From an uncultured delta proteobacterium (GTDB lineage: Bacteria > Myxococcota > Myxococcia > Myxococcales > Myxococcaceae): a DNA stretch of 64,000 bases. This document shows, piece after piece, positions 9,976 through 18,096 of this stretch (positions are counted from its first letter, which is position 1; each line of letters begins with the position of its first letter). Below the pieces are notes generated by a model. The model made no database searches. It saw only the letters and a program-made list of their open reading frames with translations, and was not told where the DNA came from. The DNA lies in the NCBI GenBank assembly GCA_963796055.1, contig CAWCKH010000005.1, positions 160,001-224,000 on the forward strand, in the 5' to 3' direction. Both the position numbers and the translations under genes were made by a program.

Positions 9976-11400
9976 GTGAGCACCCGTCTCGTCGAATACA
10001 GCCTGGAGGAGCGGCTGGAGGCCTGCCGCCGGCTCGCCGCCGAGAGCCTGGACAGCCCGCGGCGCTTCTGGCTCCGCGAGGCCGGACTCCTGGACTGGGT
10101 GCGTTCTCCGGAGGAGGCCTTCGTGGGGGAGATGAAGCACGGGGACGTGAGCTGGTTCTCCGGCGGCCTGCTCAACGCGGCCTGGAATGCGGTGGACCGC
10201 CACGCGGTCGCCTCCCCCGAGCGGACGGCGCTGGTGTGGGCCCGGCCCGAGGGTGACGTGGTGTCCTGGACCTTCCGCGAGCTGCGCCAGGCCTCCTCGC
10301 GGATGGCCCAGGTGCTCCTCTCCCAGGGCGTGCGGTGGGGCGACCGGGTGGTCGGTCACCTGCCCGAGACGCCGACCCTGGCGATGCTCCACCTCGGCTG
10401 CGCCCGCATCGGGGCGGTCCCGGTGGCGGTGCCGGTCCGGTCGGGGGCGGCGCTCGGCCGGGTGCTGCGTGCCACCCGGGGCAGGGTCCTGGTCACGGCC
10501 GACGAGGCGCCCCTGCCCGATGGACGGCTTCCGCTGTGGGAGCGGGTGGAGGACCTCCTCGGCGGCCTGGGGCGGGTGGAATCGGTCCTGGTCGAGCGGC
10601 GCACCGGCACTCCGGTGAGCCTGGTGTACGGGCGGGACCAGGAGCTGGGGACCGCGCTGGCCCGTGCCCGGCCGACCTGCTCGCTTCGCCCCTGCGACGG
10701 CGAGGACCCGCTGCTGCTCGTGCCGGGCCTCGAGGAGGGCCCGCCGGTGGTGCACGGGCTGGCGGGCTTCCTGCTCTGTGCCGCGCTCGGGCTCCGCGAG
10801 GCGGCGGGAGTCGGCCCGGGGGCCCAGGTGCTCTGCACCGAGGGGTTCTCCGGTTCACGCATCGACGTGCTCTGGGGGACGTGGGTGCTCGGCGGCGCCC
10901 TGGTGTTCGACGAGCGGGGAGATGGCGCTCAACGCCCCCGGGCGCTCGGCGTCACCCACCTCTTCGGGCCGCGGGGAGCGCTGGCGGCGGCGGGGCCGGG
11001 CGTGCTCGGGGCCTCGCTGGACGGCTCGGACGCCTCGGTGGCGCCGGTCTGGACGCCCGAGGGCGGGGGGATGCTGGCCGCGCGCTTCGGAGACCTCGGC
11101 GGCACGGCGCTCTTCGGGGTGGACCCCGTCCTGGTGGACACGGTGGGCCGCCGTGCGGGCGGGGCCGGAGCCGAGGGAGAGCTGTGCGTGAAGCGCTCCT
11201 GGCCTGCCCAGCCCCGCAGCCTCGAGCAGGACCACGCCGGGTACGTCGCCCAGCGGCTGGAGCGCTACCCCGGGCTCTACCGGACGTTGGTGCGATGCCG
11301 GCAGCTCCCCGACGGAGCGCTCGCTGCCATCGCGACTCCGCTCGGCGGCATGACCCCCAGCAACGTCTATCCCATCGAAGGCCCCATCGGACGCGCGTGA
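9976..11400 (+). CDS. Degenerate, C-terminally truncated acetyl-CoA synthetase-like protein (probable pseudoenzyme)
   Basis: Acs N-terminus is recognisable (FW..EA..LDW, WF.GG.LN..WNAVDRH, GDRV, CARIGAV). The P-loop YTSGxTGxPKG is replaced by VPGLEEGPP, and there is no GRxDD hinge or C-terminal domain. Start uncertain (GTG 9976). Confidence 0.75.
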   Translation: MSTRLVEYSLEERLEACRRLAAESLDSPRRFWLREAGLLDWVRSPEEAFVGEMKHGDVSWFSGGLLNAAWNAVDRHAVASPERTALVWARPEGDVVSWTFRELRQASSRMAQVLLSQGVRWGDRVVGHLPETPTLAMLHLGCARIGAVPVAVPVRSGAALGRVLRATRGRVLVTADEAPLPDGRLPLWERVEDLLGGLGRVESVLVERRTGTPVSLVYGRDQELGTALARARPTCSLRPCDGEDPLLLVPGLEEGPPVVHGLAGFLLCAALGLREAAGVGPGAQVLCTEGFSGSRIDVLWGTWVLGGALVFDERGDGAQRPRALGVTHLFGPRGALAAAGPGVLGASLDGSDASVAPVWTPEGGGMLAARFGDLGGTALFGVDPVLVDTVGRRAGGAGAEGELCVKRSWPAQPRSLEQDHAGYVAQRLERYPGLYRTLVRCRQLPDGALAAIATPLGGMTPSNVYPIEGPIGRA

Positions 11401-11428
11401 GGCGTGTTTCGCCGGCTCCGGCTTCCGG

Positions 11429-11466
11429 TGTTACCGAGGGCAACAAGGGGCGTTACGTTTTGTAGC
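11429..11466 (+). promoter_or_regulatory. Tandem putative enhancer sites
   Basis: TGTTAC-CGAGG-GCAACA and CGTTAC-GTTTT-GTAGC, 22 bp apart. Confidence 0.7.
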
Positions 11467-11522
11467 AGTGGTGCAGGAGCAACCGCGCTGCGTCACCCAG
11501 AGATTTCAAAGGTGAATCGGAC

Positions 11523-11537
11523 CGGTATGTCTCTTGC
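11523..11537 (+). promoter_or_regulatory. sigma-54 -24/-12 promoter
   Basis: CGGTATGTCTCTTGC (GG-N10-GC). Confidence 0.7.
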
Positions 11538-11588
11538 GGTGTGAGTGTGCTCGAGCCGAACCCCCCGCTTGCCCCGGAGAAGGGACCC

Positions 11589-11879
11589 ATGGCCGAGCTC
11601 ACCGAAGCGCAGAGGCACGAGTACTGGAATTACAACATCCGTCTCACCGTCATCCTCCTCATCATCTGGGCCTTCTTCGGGTTCATCCTCGGCGGGGTGC
11701 TCGCCGGCGAGCTGAACAACATCGTCATCGGGGGCTTCCCGCTCGGCTACTACATCGCCGCCCAGGGTTCGCTGGCGGTCTTCGTGATCGAGATCGCCGT
11801 CTACGCCCGGCTGATGAACAAGAAGGACCGCGAGTACGGACTCGAAGACTCCACCACCCCCGGCCCGAGGGTCGCGTGA
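11589..11879 (+). CDS. DUF4212 small subunit of a sodium:solute symporter
   Basis: YW..N..L...LL.IW and GFPLGYY.AAQGS..VF motifs. GGAGAAGGGA RBS before ATG 11589. Confidence 0.88.
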   Translation: MAELTEAQRHEYWNYNIRLTVILLIIWAFFGFILGGVLAGELNNIVIGGFPLGYYIAAQGSLAVFVIEIAVYARLMNKKDREYGLEDSTTPGPRVA

Positions 11880-13807
11880 TGACCACCGCCATCGCCCCCA
11901 CGCGCAAGTGGACGCTGAACAAGATCTTCGGGCTCTACACGGTCGCCTTCCTCGGAATGACGATCCTCATCGGCCTGGCCGAGAAGTTCCTCGGCCTGCC
12001 CAACCGGTGGATCGGCTGGCTCTTCATGGCACTGAGCATGGGGATCTACGTGCTGATCGGGATCCTCACCCGGACCACGGACTCGGACCAGTACTACGTG
12101 GCCGGGCGCGGGGTGCCTGCGATCTACAACGGGATGGCCACCGGGTCGGACTGGATGTCCGCCGCCTCGTTCATCTCCATGGCCGGAGCGCTCTCGGTGC
12201 AGGGCTTCAGCGGGCTCGCCTACGTGATGGGGTGGACCGGGGGGTACGTGCTGCTGGCAGTCTTCCTCGGCCCCTACCTCCGCCAGTTCGGCGCCTACAC
12301 CATTCCCGACTTCCTCGGAGCACGGTACGGCGGAAACACGGCCCGGTTGGTGGGCGTGCTCGCCGCGATTCTCTGCTCCTTCACCTACCTCATCGCCCAG
12401 GTCACCGGGGTCGGCCTGATCGTCAGCCGCTTCCTGGGGCTGCCGTTCAACGTCGGGGTCTTCGCGGGTCTCATCGGAGTGCTCTTCTGCTCGGTGCTGG
12501 GGGGGATGCGTTCGATCACCTGGACCCAGGTGGCTCAGTACATCATCCTCATCATCAGCTACCTGGTTCCGGTGGTGGTGCTGAGCTGGCAGCTCTTCAG
12601 CTTCCCGCTCCCCCAGTTCACCTACGGGCAGCTGCTGCAGCGAAACAGCGCGTCGGCGATCAAGGTGACCAACGACCCGGCCGAAGCGGCCACCCGCGCG
12701 GCCTGGAAGAAGGAAGCCGACGAGGCCGCCGCCAAGCTCAAGCAGCCGGCTCTCTCCGAGGCCGAGAGGGACAAGCTGACCGCCACGCAGAAGACGGGGG
12801 CGGCGCAGGCCAAGCCGCCCGCCGCGCCGGGGGCGACCATCGCCAACTACCTCACCGTGCCCAAGGGCGTGGGGATGTGGAACTTCCTGGCCCTCACCTT
12901 CTGCCTGATGGTGGGCACCGCAGGGCTGCCGCACATCTTGACCCGGTACTACACCACGCCCTCGGTGAGGGAAGCGCGAACCTCGGTGGGCTGGGGCCTG
13001 TTCTTCATCTTCCTCCTCTACTTTACCGCCCCGGCCTACGCCGCATTCGCCCGGTTCGTGGTCTACAGCCGGCTGGTCGGCACGCAGATCTCCGACCTCC
13101 CGCGCTGGGTGGCCTTGTGGAAACCCGCCGGCCTCTTCGACGTGGTGGACAAGATCGGCGACGGGGTGGTGCAGCTGGCGGACTTCGTCATCAAGAGCTC
13201 CGACTTCGTGGTGCTGGCGATGCCGGAGATGGCCGGGCTGCCGTTCGTGATCACCGGCCTGGTGATGGCCGGGGGCCTGGCCGCCGCGCTCTCCACCGCG
13301 GACGGCCTCCTGCTGACCATCGCCAACGCGATCTCCCATGACATGTACTACAAGGTGATCAATCCCAAGGCCCCGCTGATCGTCCGGCTCACGGTGACCA
13401 AGATTCTCCTGGTCGCGACCGCACTCATCGCCGCGGGCGTGGCCACCTTCCGTCTGGCAATCATCGTCGAGCTGGTGGCCTGGGCCTTCAGCCTCGCGGC
13501 GTCGTCCTTCTTCCCGGCACTGGTCATGGGCATCTGGTGGAAGCGGGCGAATCGACCGGGAGCGGTGGCCGGGATGCTGGTCGGCCTCGGCCTCACCCTC
13601 ATCTACATGACCGGCTCGCGCTTCTTCGGAATGTCCTGGTTCGGGACCGCCACCGTGGCCTCGGGGGTGTTCGGGATCCCCCTCGGCTTCCTCACCATCT
13701 ACGTGGTCTCGCTCCTCACAGCCGCGCCGCCCCAGCGGGTCCAGGAACTGGTGGCCGACGTGCGCTATCCCAAGGCCACCATCTCCTCGACGGAGTACGC
13801 CCACTAG
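11879..13807 (+). CDS. actP: Sodium:solute symporter, VC_2705/ActP-like (monocarboxylate/acetate permease)
   Basis: YYVAGR, NGMATGSDWMSAASF, GWTGGY, GGMRSITWTQVAQY, GTAGLPHIL and AAALSTADGLL. Confidence 0.88.
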   Translation: MTTAIAPTRKWTLNKIFGLYTVAFLGMTILIGLAEKFLGLPNRWIGWLFMALSMGIYVLIGILTRTTDSDQYYVAGRGVPAIYNGMATGSDWMSAASFISMAGALSVQGFSGLAYVMGWTGGYVLLAVFLGPYLRQFGAYTIPDFLGARYGGNTARLVGVLAAILCSFTYLIAQVTGVGLIVSRFLGLPFNVGVFAGLIGVLFCSVLGGMRSITWTQVAQYIILIISYLVPVVVLSWQLFSFPLPQFTYGQLLQRNSASAIKVTNDPAEAATRAAWKKEADEAAAKLKQPALSEAERDKLTATQKTGAAQAKPPAAPGATIANYLTVPKGVGMWNFLALTFCLMVGTAGLPHILTRYYTTPSVREARTSVGWGLFFIFLLYFTAPAYAAFARFVVYSRLVGTQISDLPRWVALWKPAGLFDVVDKIGDGVVQLADFVIKSSDFVVLAMPEMAGLPFVITGLVMAGGLAAALSTADGLLLTIANAISHDMYYKVINPKAPLIVRLTVTKILLVATALIAAGVATFRLAIIVELVAWAFSLAASSFFPALVMGIWWKRANRPGAVAGMLVGLGLTLIYMTGSRFFGMSWFGTATVASGVFGIPLGFLTIYVVSLLTAAPPQRVQELVADVRYPKATISSTEYAH

Positions 13808-13907
13808 AGGAGAACCCCGCTGACCTCCCAGGGGCCCGGGGGTCCTCGCCCGACGGCAACGGGCGCGGTCCTCCCCGGGCCTCGCCCGCTGTTGGAGGCG
13901 TTCGCCG

Positions 13908-14195
13908 ATGGCATTGCTCCCCGGCGTGCTGCTCATTCTCCGCACGGTGAGCTTCATCGCCGTCTGCTACGTGGGCCTGTACATCGCCGCGACGGGGTTG
14001 GTCCGGAATCCTCAGAGCAAGGTGCTGGCGTTCTTCGCCCTGGTTGCCGCGCCCATTCTCCGTCCCGCCCGGGCGCTGGCCGGAACTGGGGCGTCCGAGC
14101 GGCGGGTGCGGTGGGTGGCCTTCGCCCTGGTGGTCGGGGTGTGGGCGGTGGCGGTTGCGCTCGACCTCAACTTCGGAGCACGACCCCCCCGCTGA
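13908..14195 (+). CDS. Small membrane protein (YggT-like)
   Basis: 95 aa, hydrophobic helices, FF.LV..PILRP.R pattern, GGAGG RBS. Confidence 0.55.
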   Translation: MALLPGVLLILRTVSFIAVCYVGLYIAATGLVRNPQSKVLAFFALVAAPILRPARALAGTGASERRVRWVAFALVVGVWAVAVALDLNFGARPPR

Positions 14196-14239
14196 CCCGC
14201 GGGAGGTCAGGGCTGCGCGCGGCGGAGCCCGTCCTGCGC

Positions 14240-14490
14240 CAGGAGCAGGTGCTCCAAGGCGTCCATCCCCGAGCGCCGTATCGCCAGTGGACGTTGTCGC
14301 TGCCGATGCCAGTGCGCTTCTGTCTGGCCTCTTCGTCCAGGCGCTCTTCGGCTTCCAGCGCCGTACGGCCCGGGCGGCTGGGGTTGCCCGGCCGCTCAGC
14401 GGCGCCGTCGCCTTCGTCCAGCGCTTGGGCTCGGCGCTCCAGCTGACGCCCACTTCCACGTCCCCGTCCCAGAGGCCGTCTTCGAGGGGG
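14240..14490 (+). pseudogene. IS91-family (Y2/HUH) transposase remnant
   Basis: Frameshifted pieces PYRQWTLSLP..VRF / FQRR...SGAVAFVQRLGSALQLTP / HFH, homologous to 62570-62840. Confidence 0.75.
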
Positions 14491-14623
14491 TGCACTCCGA
14501 GGAGATGCGCCTGCACCCGCCGCGTCGGGCCATGGAACCCTCCGCTCCCTCGTCTCTCAGGCGGGTGGACGCGAGGATGCGGGAGGGGACTACGATGCGC
14601 CTCGCGATGGAGGGAGCGGCCAC

Positions 14624-14881
14624 TTGAAGCGGACCAACGTCAGGAACGAACGCCTGGTCGCCCTGGCCTTGTTCGGTCTGCTCCTCTTCAACTACCCACT
14701 CCTCCAGATGTTCAACGCGCCCACGCTGGTCCTGGGGTTCCCGAAGCTCTATCTGTACCTCTTCGTCGCCTGGGCGGTGCTGATCTCGGGAGCCGCCCTG
14801 ATCCTCCGGGTGAGCGAATCCGACGGGGGAGACCTCCCCGGCGGGCGGGGACGGGCGCGACGGCCGCCGTCGCTACGCTGA
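14624..14881 (+). CDS. Small membrane protein preceding an SLC5-fused kinase
   Basis: RLVAL..FG.LLFNYPLL..F and G.P.LY.YLF..W pattern. TTG start with GGAG RBS. Confidence 0.7.
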   Translation: MKRTNVRNERLVALALFGLLLFNYPLLQMFNAPTLVLGFPKLYLYLFVAWAVLISGAALILRVSESDGGDLPGGRGRARRPPSLR

Positions 14882-14890
14882 GGCGCACAC

Positions 14891-17713
14891 GTGCTCCGGG
14901 ACTGGGTCGTCATCTCCGTCGCCTGCGCCTACCTGGGGCTCCTCTTCGCGATCGCCTACTACGGTGACCGGCGCGCCGACCGCGGGCGGAGCCTCATCGC
15001 GAACCCGTACATCTACTCGCTGTCGCTCGCGGTCTACGCGACCGCGTGGACTTTCTACGGCTCGGTCGGGCGCGCCGTCTCCACCGGCATCGGGTTCCTG
15101 CCCATCTACATCGGCCCGACGCTCATGTGCCTTCTGTGGTGGATCCTGCTGCGGAAGATCATCCTCATCAGCAAGGTCCACCGGATCACGTCGCTGGCGG
15201 ACTTCATCGCTTCCCGGTACGGCAAGAGCGCCCTCGTCGCGGGGCTCGTCACCGTCATCGCGGTGATCGGGATTCTCCCCTACATCTCGCTCCAGCTGAA
15301 GGCGATCTCCACCGCTTTCACGATCGTCCACTCGCACGACGTGGCGGTCGTCGGCGCGGGCCACGGCGGGCCGTTCCTCGGCGACACCGCGCTGTACGCG
15401 GCGCTCATCCTCGCCGCCTTCACCATCATTTTCGGGACCCGCCACCTCGACGCCTCGGAGCGACACGAGGGGATGGTCGCGGCGATCGCCTTCGAGTCGC
15501 TGGTGAAGCTCGTCGCCTTCCTGGCGGTGGGCGCGTTCGTGACCTGGGGCATGTTCGACGGGTTCCGGGACGTCTTCACGCGCTCCCGCGAGCTACCCGG
15601 GGTCGAGGCGCTCTTCGTCATCGGGGGAACGGGCGACGGGCACACGGGCATCCTGGCCTCCCTCTACTCCGCGACCTTCTTCGCCATGCTCGCGATCCTG
15701 TTCCTGCCCCGGCAGTTCCAGGTCGCGGTGGTCGAGAACGTCGACGTCGACCACGTGAAGACCGCGATCTGGCTGTTCCCGCTCTACTTGCTGGTCATCA
15801 ACTTCTTCGTGCCGGCGATCGCCTTCGGGGGGATGCTCCACTTCGCCGGCACTCCGGTCGATCCGGACACGTACGTGCTCACCCTGCCGCTCTCCAGGGG
15901 CCAGAACGGGCTCGGGCTGCTCGTCTTCATCGGAGGGCTCTCCGCGGCGACCGGAATGGTGATCGTCGAGACGATCGCGCTCTCCACCATGGTCTGCAAC
16001 GACCTCGCCATGCCGCTGCTGCTGCGCTGGCGCGCGCTGCGGCTGAACCAGCGGCCGGATCTCACCGGACTCCTGCTGGGCATCCGGCGCGGGGCGATCC
16101 TGGTGATGCTGCTCCTCGGCTACCTCTACTTCCGGATAGCGGGGGAGGCCTACGCGCTGGTGTCGATCGGCCTCATCTCCTTCGCCGCGGTGGCGCAGTT
16201 CGCACCCGCCTGCCTGGGCGGGCTCTTCTGGAAGGGCGGTACGCGCGCCGGCGCCCTCGCCGGCCTCTCCGCCGGATTCCTGGTCTGGCTCTACACCCTC
16301 CTCGTCCCGGCGTTCGCGAAGTCGGGCTGGGTGCCCATGTCCATCGTCGAGGCGGGGCCGTTCGGGGTGGAGGCCCTGAGGCCCCTGCAGCTCTTCGGGC
16401 TCACCGGCCTCGACCAGATCACCCACGGGATGATCTGGTCCATGCTGGCCAACGTGGGGGCCTACATCGGGTTCTCGCTGTCGACCACCCAGAGCGCGGT
16501 CGAGCACAGCCAGGCGACGCTGTTCGTGGACGTGTTCAAGCACTCCGCCGCCGGCACCGGGTCGCTCTTCTGGCGGGGCGGCGTGTCGGTCCAGGAGCTG
16601 CGCGCGCTCCTCTCGCGCTTCCTCGGGGCGGACAAGGCCGACGAGGTGCTGGAGGGCTACGCGCGCGATCGTCGCCTGCTGTCGGCGTGGGAGGTCGACG
16701 CCGACGCGAACCTCATCCAGTTCGCCGAGACGAAGCTGGCCGGCGCCATCGGCGGAGCGTCGGCCCACGCGATGGTGGCGTCGGTCGTGAAGGAGGCCCC
16801 GCTCACCATGGACGAGGTGATGTCCATCCTCGACGAGGCCTCGCAGATCATGAAGTACAGCCGGGAGCTGGAGAAGACGTCGCGGGAGCTCACCAGCGCG
16901 TACGCGGAGCTCAGGAGCGCAAACGAGCAGCTGAAGGAGCTGGACAGGATGAAGGACGACTTCGTCTCCCACGTCTCGCACGAGCTCCGCACCCCTCTCA
17001 CCTCCATCCGCTCGGCCTCCGAGATTCTCCACGACCATCCCGAGCTCGATGCCGCCACCCGCACCAAGTACCTGTCGGTCGTCATCCAGGAGGCGGAGCG
17101 GCTCACCCGCCTGATCAACCAGGTCCTCGACCTCTCGAAGATCGAGGCCGGCCGGGTCGAGTGGCGGATCGGGGAGGTGAGCCCGCGCGAGGTGGTCGAG
17201 CACGCCGTGGCGGCGACGAGCCAGCTCTTCGCCCAGAAGGCGGCGACGCTGGAGGTCGACGTGCCGGTGGAGGCCCCGCGGATCCTCGCCGATCGGGACC
17301 GCCTCGTGCAGGTGGTGATCAACCTCCTCTCGAACGCGGCCAAGTTCTGCGCCGACCCGGGCGGCCGGGTCTCCATCTCGCTGCGCGCGGAGCCGGGGGC
17401 GGTCCGCGTCGACGTGCGTGACAACGGGATGGGGATCGCGGCGAAGGACCAGGAGCTCATCTTCGAGAAGTTCCGCCAGGGGGGCGACACCCTCACCACC
17501 AAGCCGAGGGGAACCGGCCTGGGGCTCCCGATCAGCCGCGAGATCATCCACCACTTCGGGGGGCGCCTCTGGGTGGAGAGCGAGCCCGGGAGAGGAGCCA
17601 CCTTCTCGTTCGTCATCCCGCTCCGCCGTCAGCCGGAGGTGGGCGGTGGCGACGTGCGGGACGCTCGCGCCGCTGCGCTCGGCGCGTCCGGGACGGAGGC
17701 CGGTGCCAGCTGA
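14891..17713 (+). CDS. SLC5/SSF-STAC histidine kinase (CrbS/MxtR/PrlS-related; no PAS or REC)
   Basis: YSLSLAVYATAWTFYGSVG, ITSLADFIASRYGK, LPRQFQVAVVEN, STAC (E.KLAGAIGGASA), SHELRTPLTSI, NLLSNA and GTGLGL. Confidence 0.9.
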   Translation: MLRDWVVISVACAYLGLLFAIAYYGDRRADRGRSLIANPYIYSLSLAVYATAWTFYGSVGRAVSTGIGFLPIYIGPTLMCLLWWILLRKIILISKVHRITSLADFIASRYGKSALVAGLVTVIAVIGILPYISLQLKAISTAFTIVHSHDVAVVGAGHGGPFLGDTALYAALILAAFTIIFGTRHLDASERHEGMVAAIAFESLVKLVAFLAVGAFVTWGMFDGFRDVFTRSRELPGVEALFVIGGTGDGHTGILASLYSATFFAMLAILFLPRQFQVAVVENVDVDHVKTAIWLFPLYLLVINFFVPAIAFGGMLHFAGTPVDPDTYVLTLPLSRGQNGLGLLVFIGGLSAATGMVIVETIALSTMVCNDLAMPLLLRWRALRLNQRPDLTGLLLGIRRGAILVMLLLGYLYFRIAGEAYALVSIGLISFAAVAQFAPACLGGLFWKGGTRAGALAGLSAGFLVWLYTLLVPAFAKSGWVPMSIVEAGPFGVEALRPLQLFGLTGLDQITHGMIWSMLANVGAYIGFSLSTTQSAVEHSQATLFVDVFKHSAAGTGSLFWRGGVSVQELRALLSRFLGADKADEVLEGYARDRRLLSAWEVDADANLIQFAETKLAGAIGGASAHAMVASVVKEAPLTMDEVMSILDEASQIMKYSRELEKTSRELTSAYAELRSANEQLKELDRMKDDFVSHVSHELRTPLTSIRSASEILHDHPELDAATRTKYLSVVIQEAERLTRLINQVLDLSKIEAGRVEWRIGEVSPREVVEHAVAATSQLFAQKAATLEVDVPVEAPRILADRDRLVQVVINLLSNAAKFCADPGGRVSISLRAEPGAVRVDVRDNGMGIAAKDQELIFEKFRQGGDTLTTKPRGTGLGLPISREIIHHFGGRLWVESEPGRGATFSFVIPLRRQPEVGGGDVRDARAAALGASGTEAGAS

Positions 17714-17724
17714 ACGGAGCCAGC

Positions 17725-18096
17725 ATGAAGAAGAGAGTCCTGATCGCCGACGACGAGCCGAACATCGTCATGTCACTCCAGTTCCTCATGGAGTTCGAGG
17801 GGTACGAGGTGCGGACCGCGGCCGACGGGGAGACGGCCCTCCAGATCCTCCGCGACTTCCGTCCCGACCTGGTCCTGCTCGATGTGATGATGCCAAAGCG
17901 AAACGGCTACGAGATCTGCCAGGCCGTGCGCGAGACGCCCGCCCTGGCGGGCATCAAGGTGGTGATGCTGACCGCGAAGGGGCGTGACATCGACGCCGAG
18001 AAGGGCCTCGCCCTCGGCGCCGATTCCTACGTCACGAAGCCGTTCGCCACGAAGGAGCTGGTGGCCACGGTGAAGGCGTTGCTCGGCGACGCGTGA
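17725..18096 (+). CDS. Stand-alone response regulator receiver
   Basis: IADDE, LLDVMMP, MLTA and YVTKPF motifs; no output domain. Confidence 0.9.
   Translation: MKKRVLIADDEPNIVMSLQFLMEFEGYEVRTAADGETALQILRDFRPDLVLLDVMMPKRNGYEICQAVRETPALAGIKVVMLTAKGRDIDAEKGLALGADSYVTKPFATKELVATVKALLGDA

Noticed and set aside
9956..10300. CrcZ-like sRNA downstream of cbrB
   Set aside because: No AANAANAA Hfq/Crc motifs and no terminator; the region is coding (Acs-like)
9976..11400. Functional acetyl-CoA synthetase (acs)
   Set aside because: The P-loop, hinge and C-terminal catalytic domain are absent
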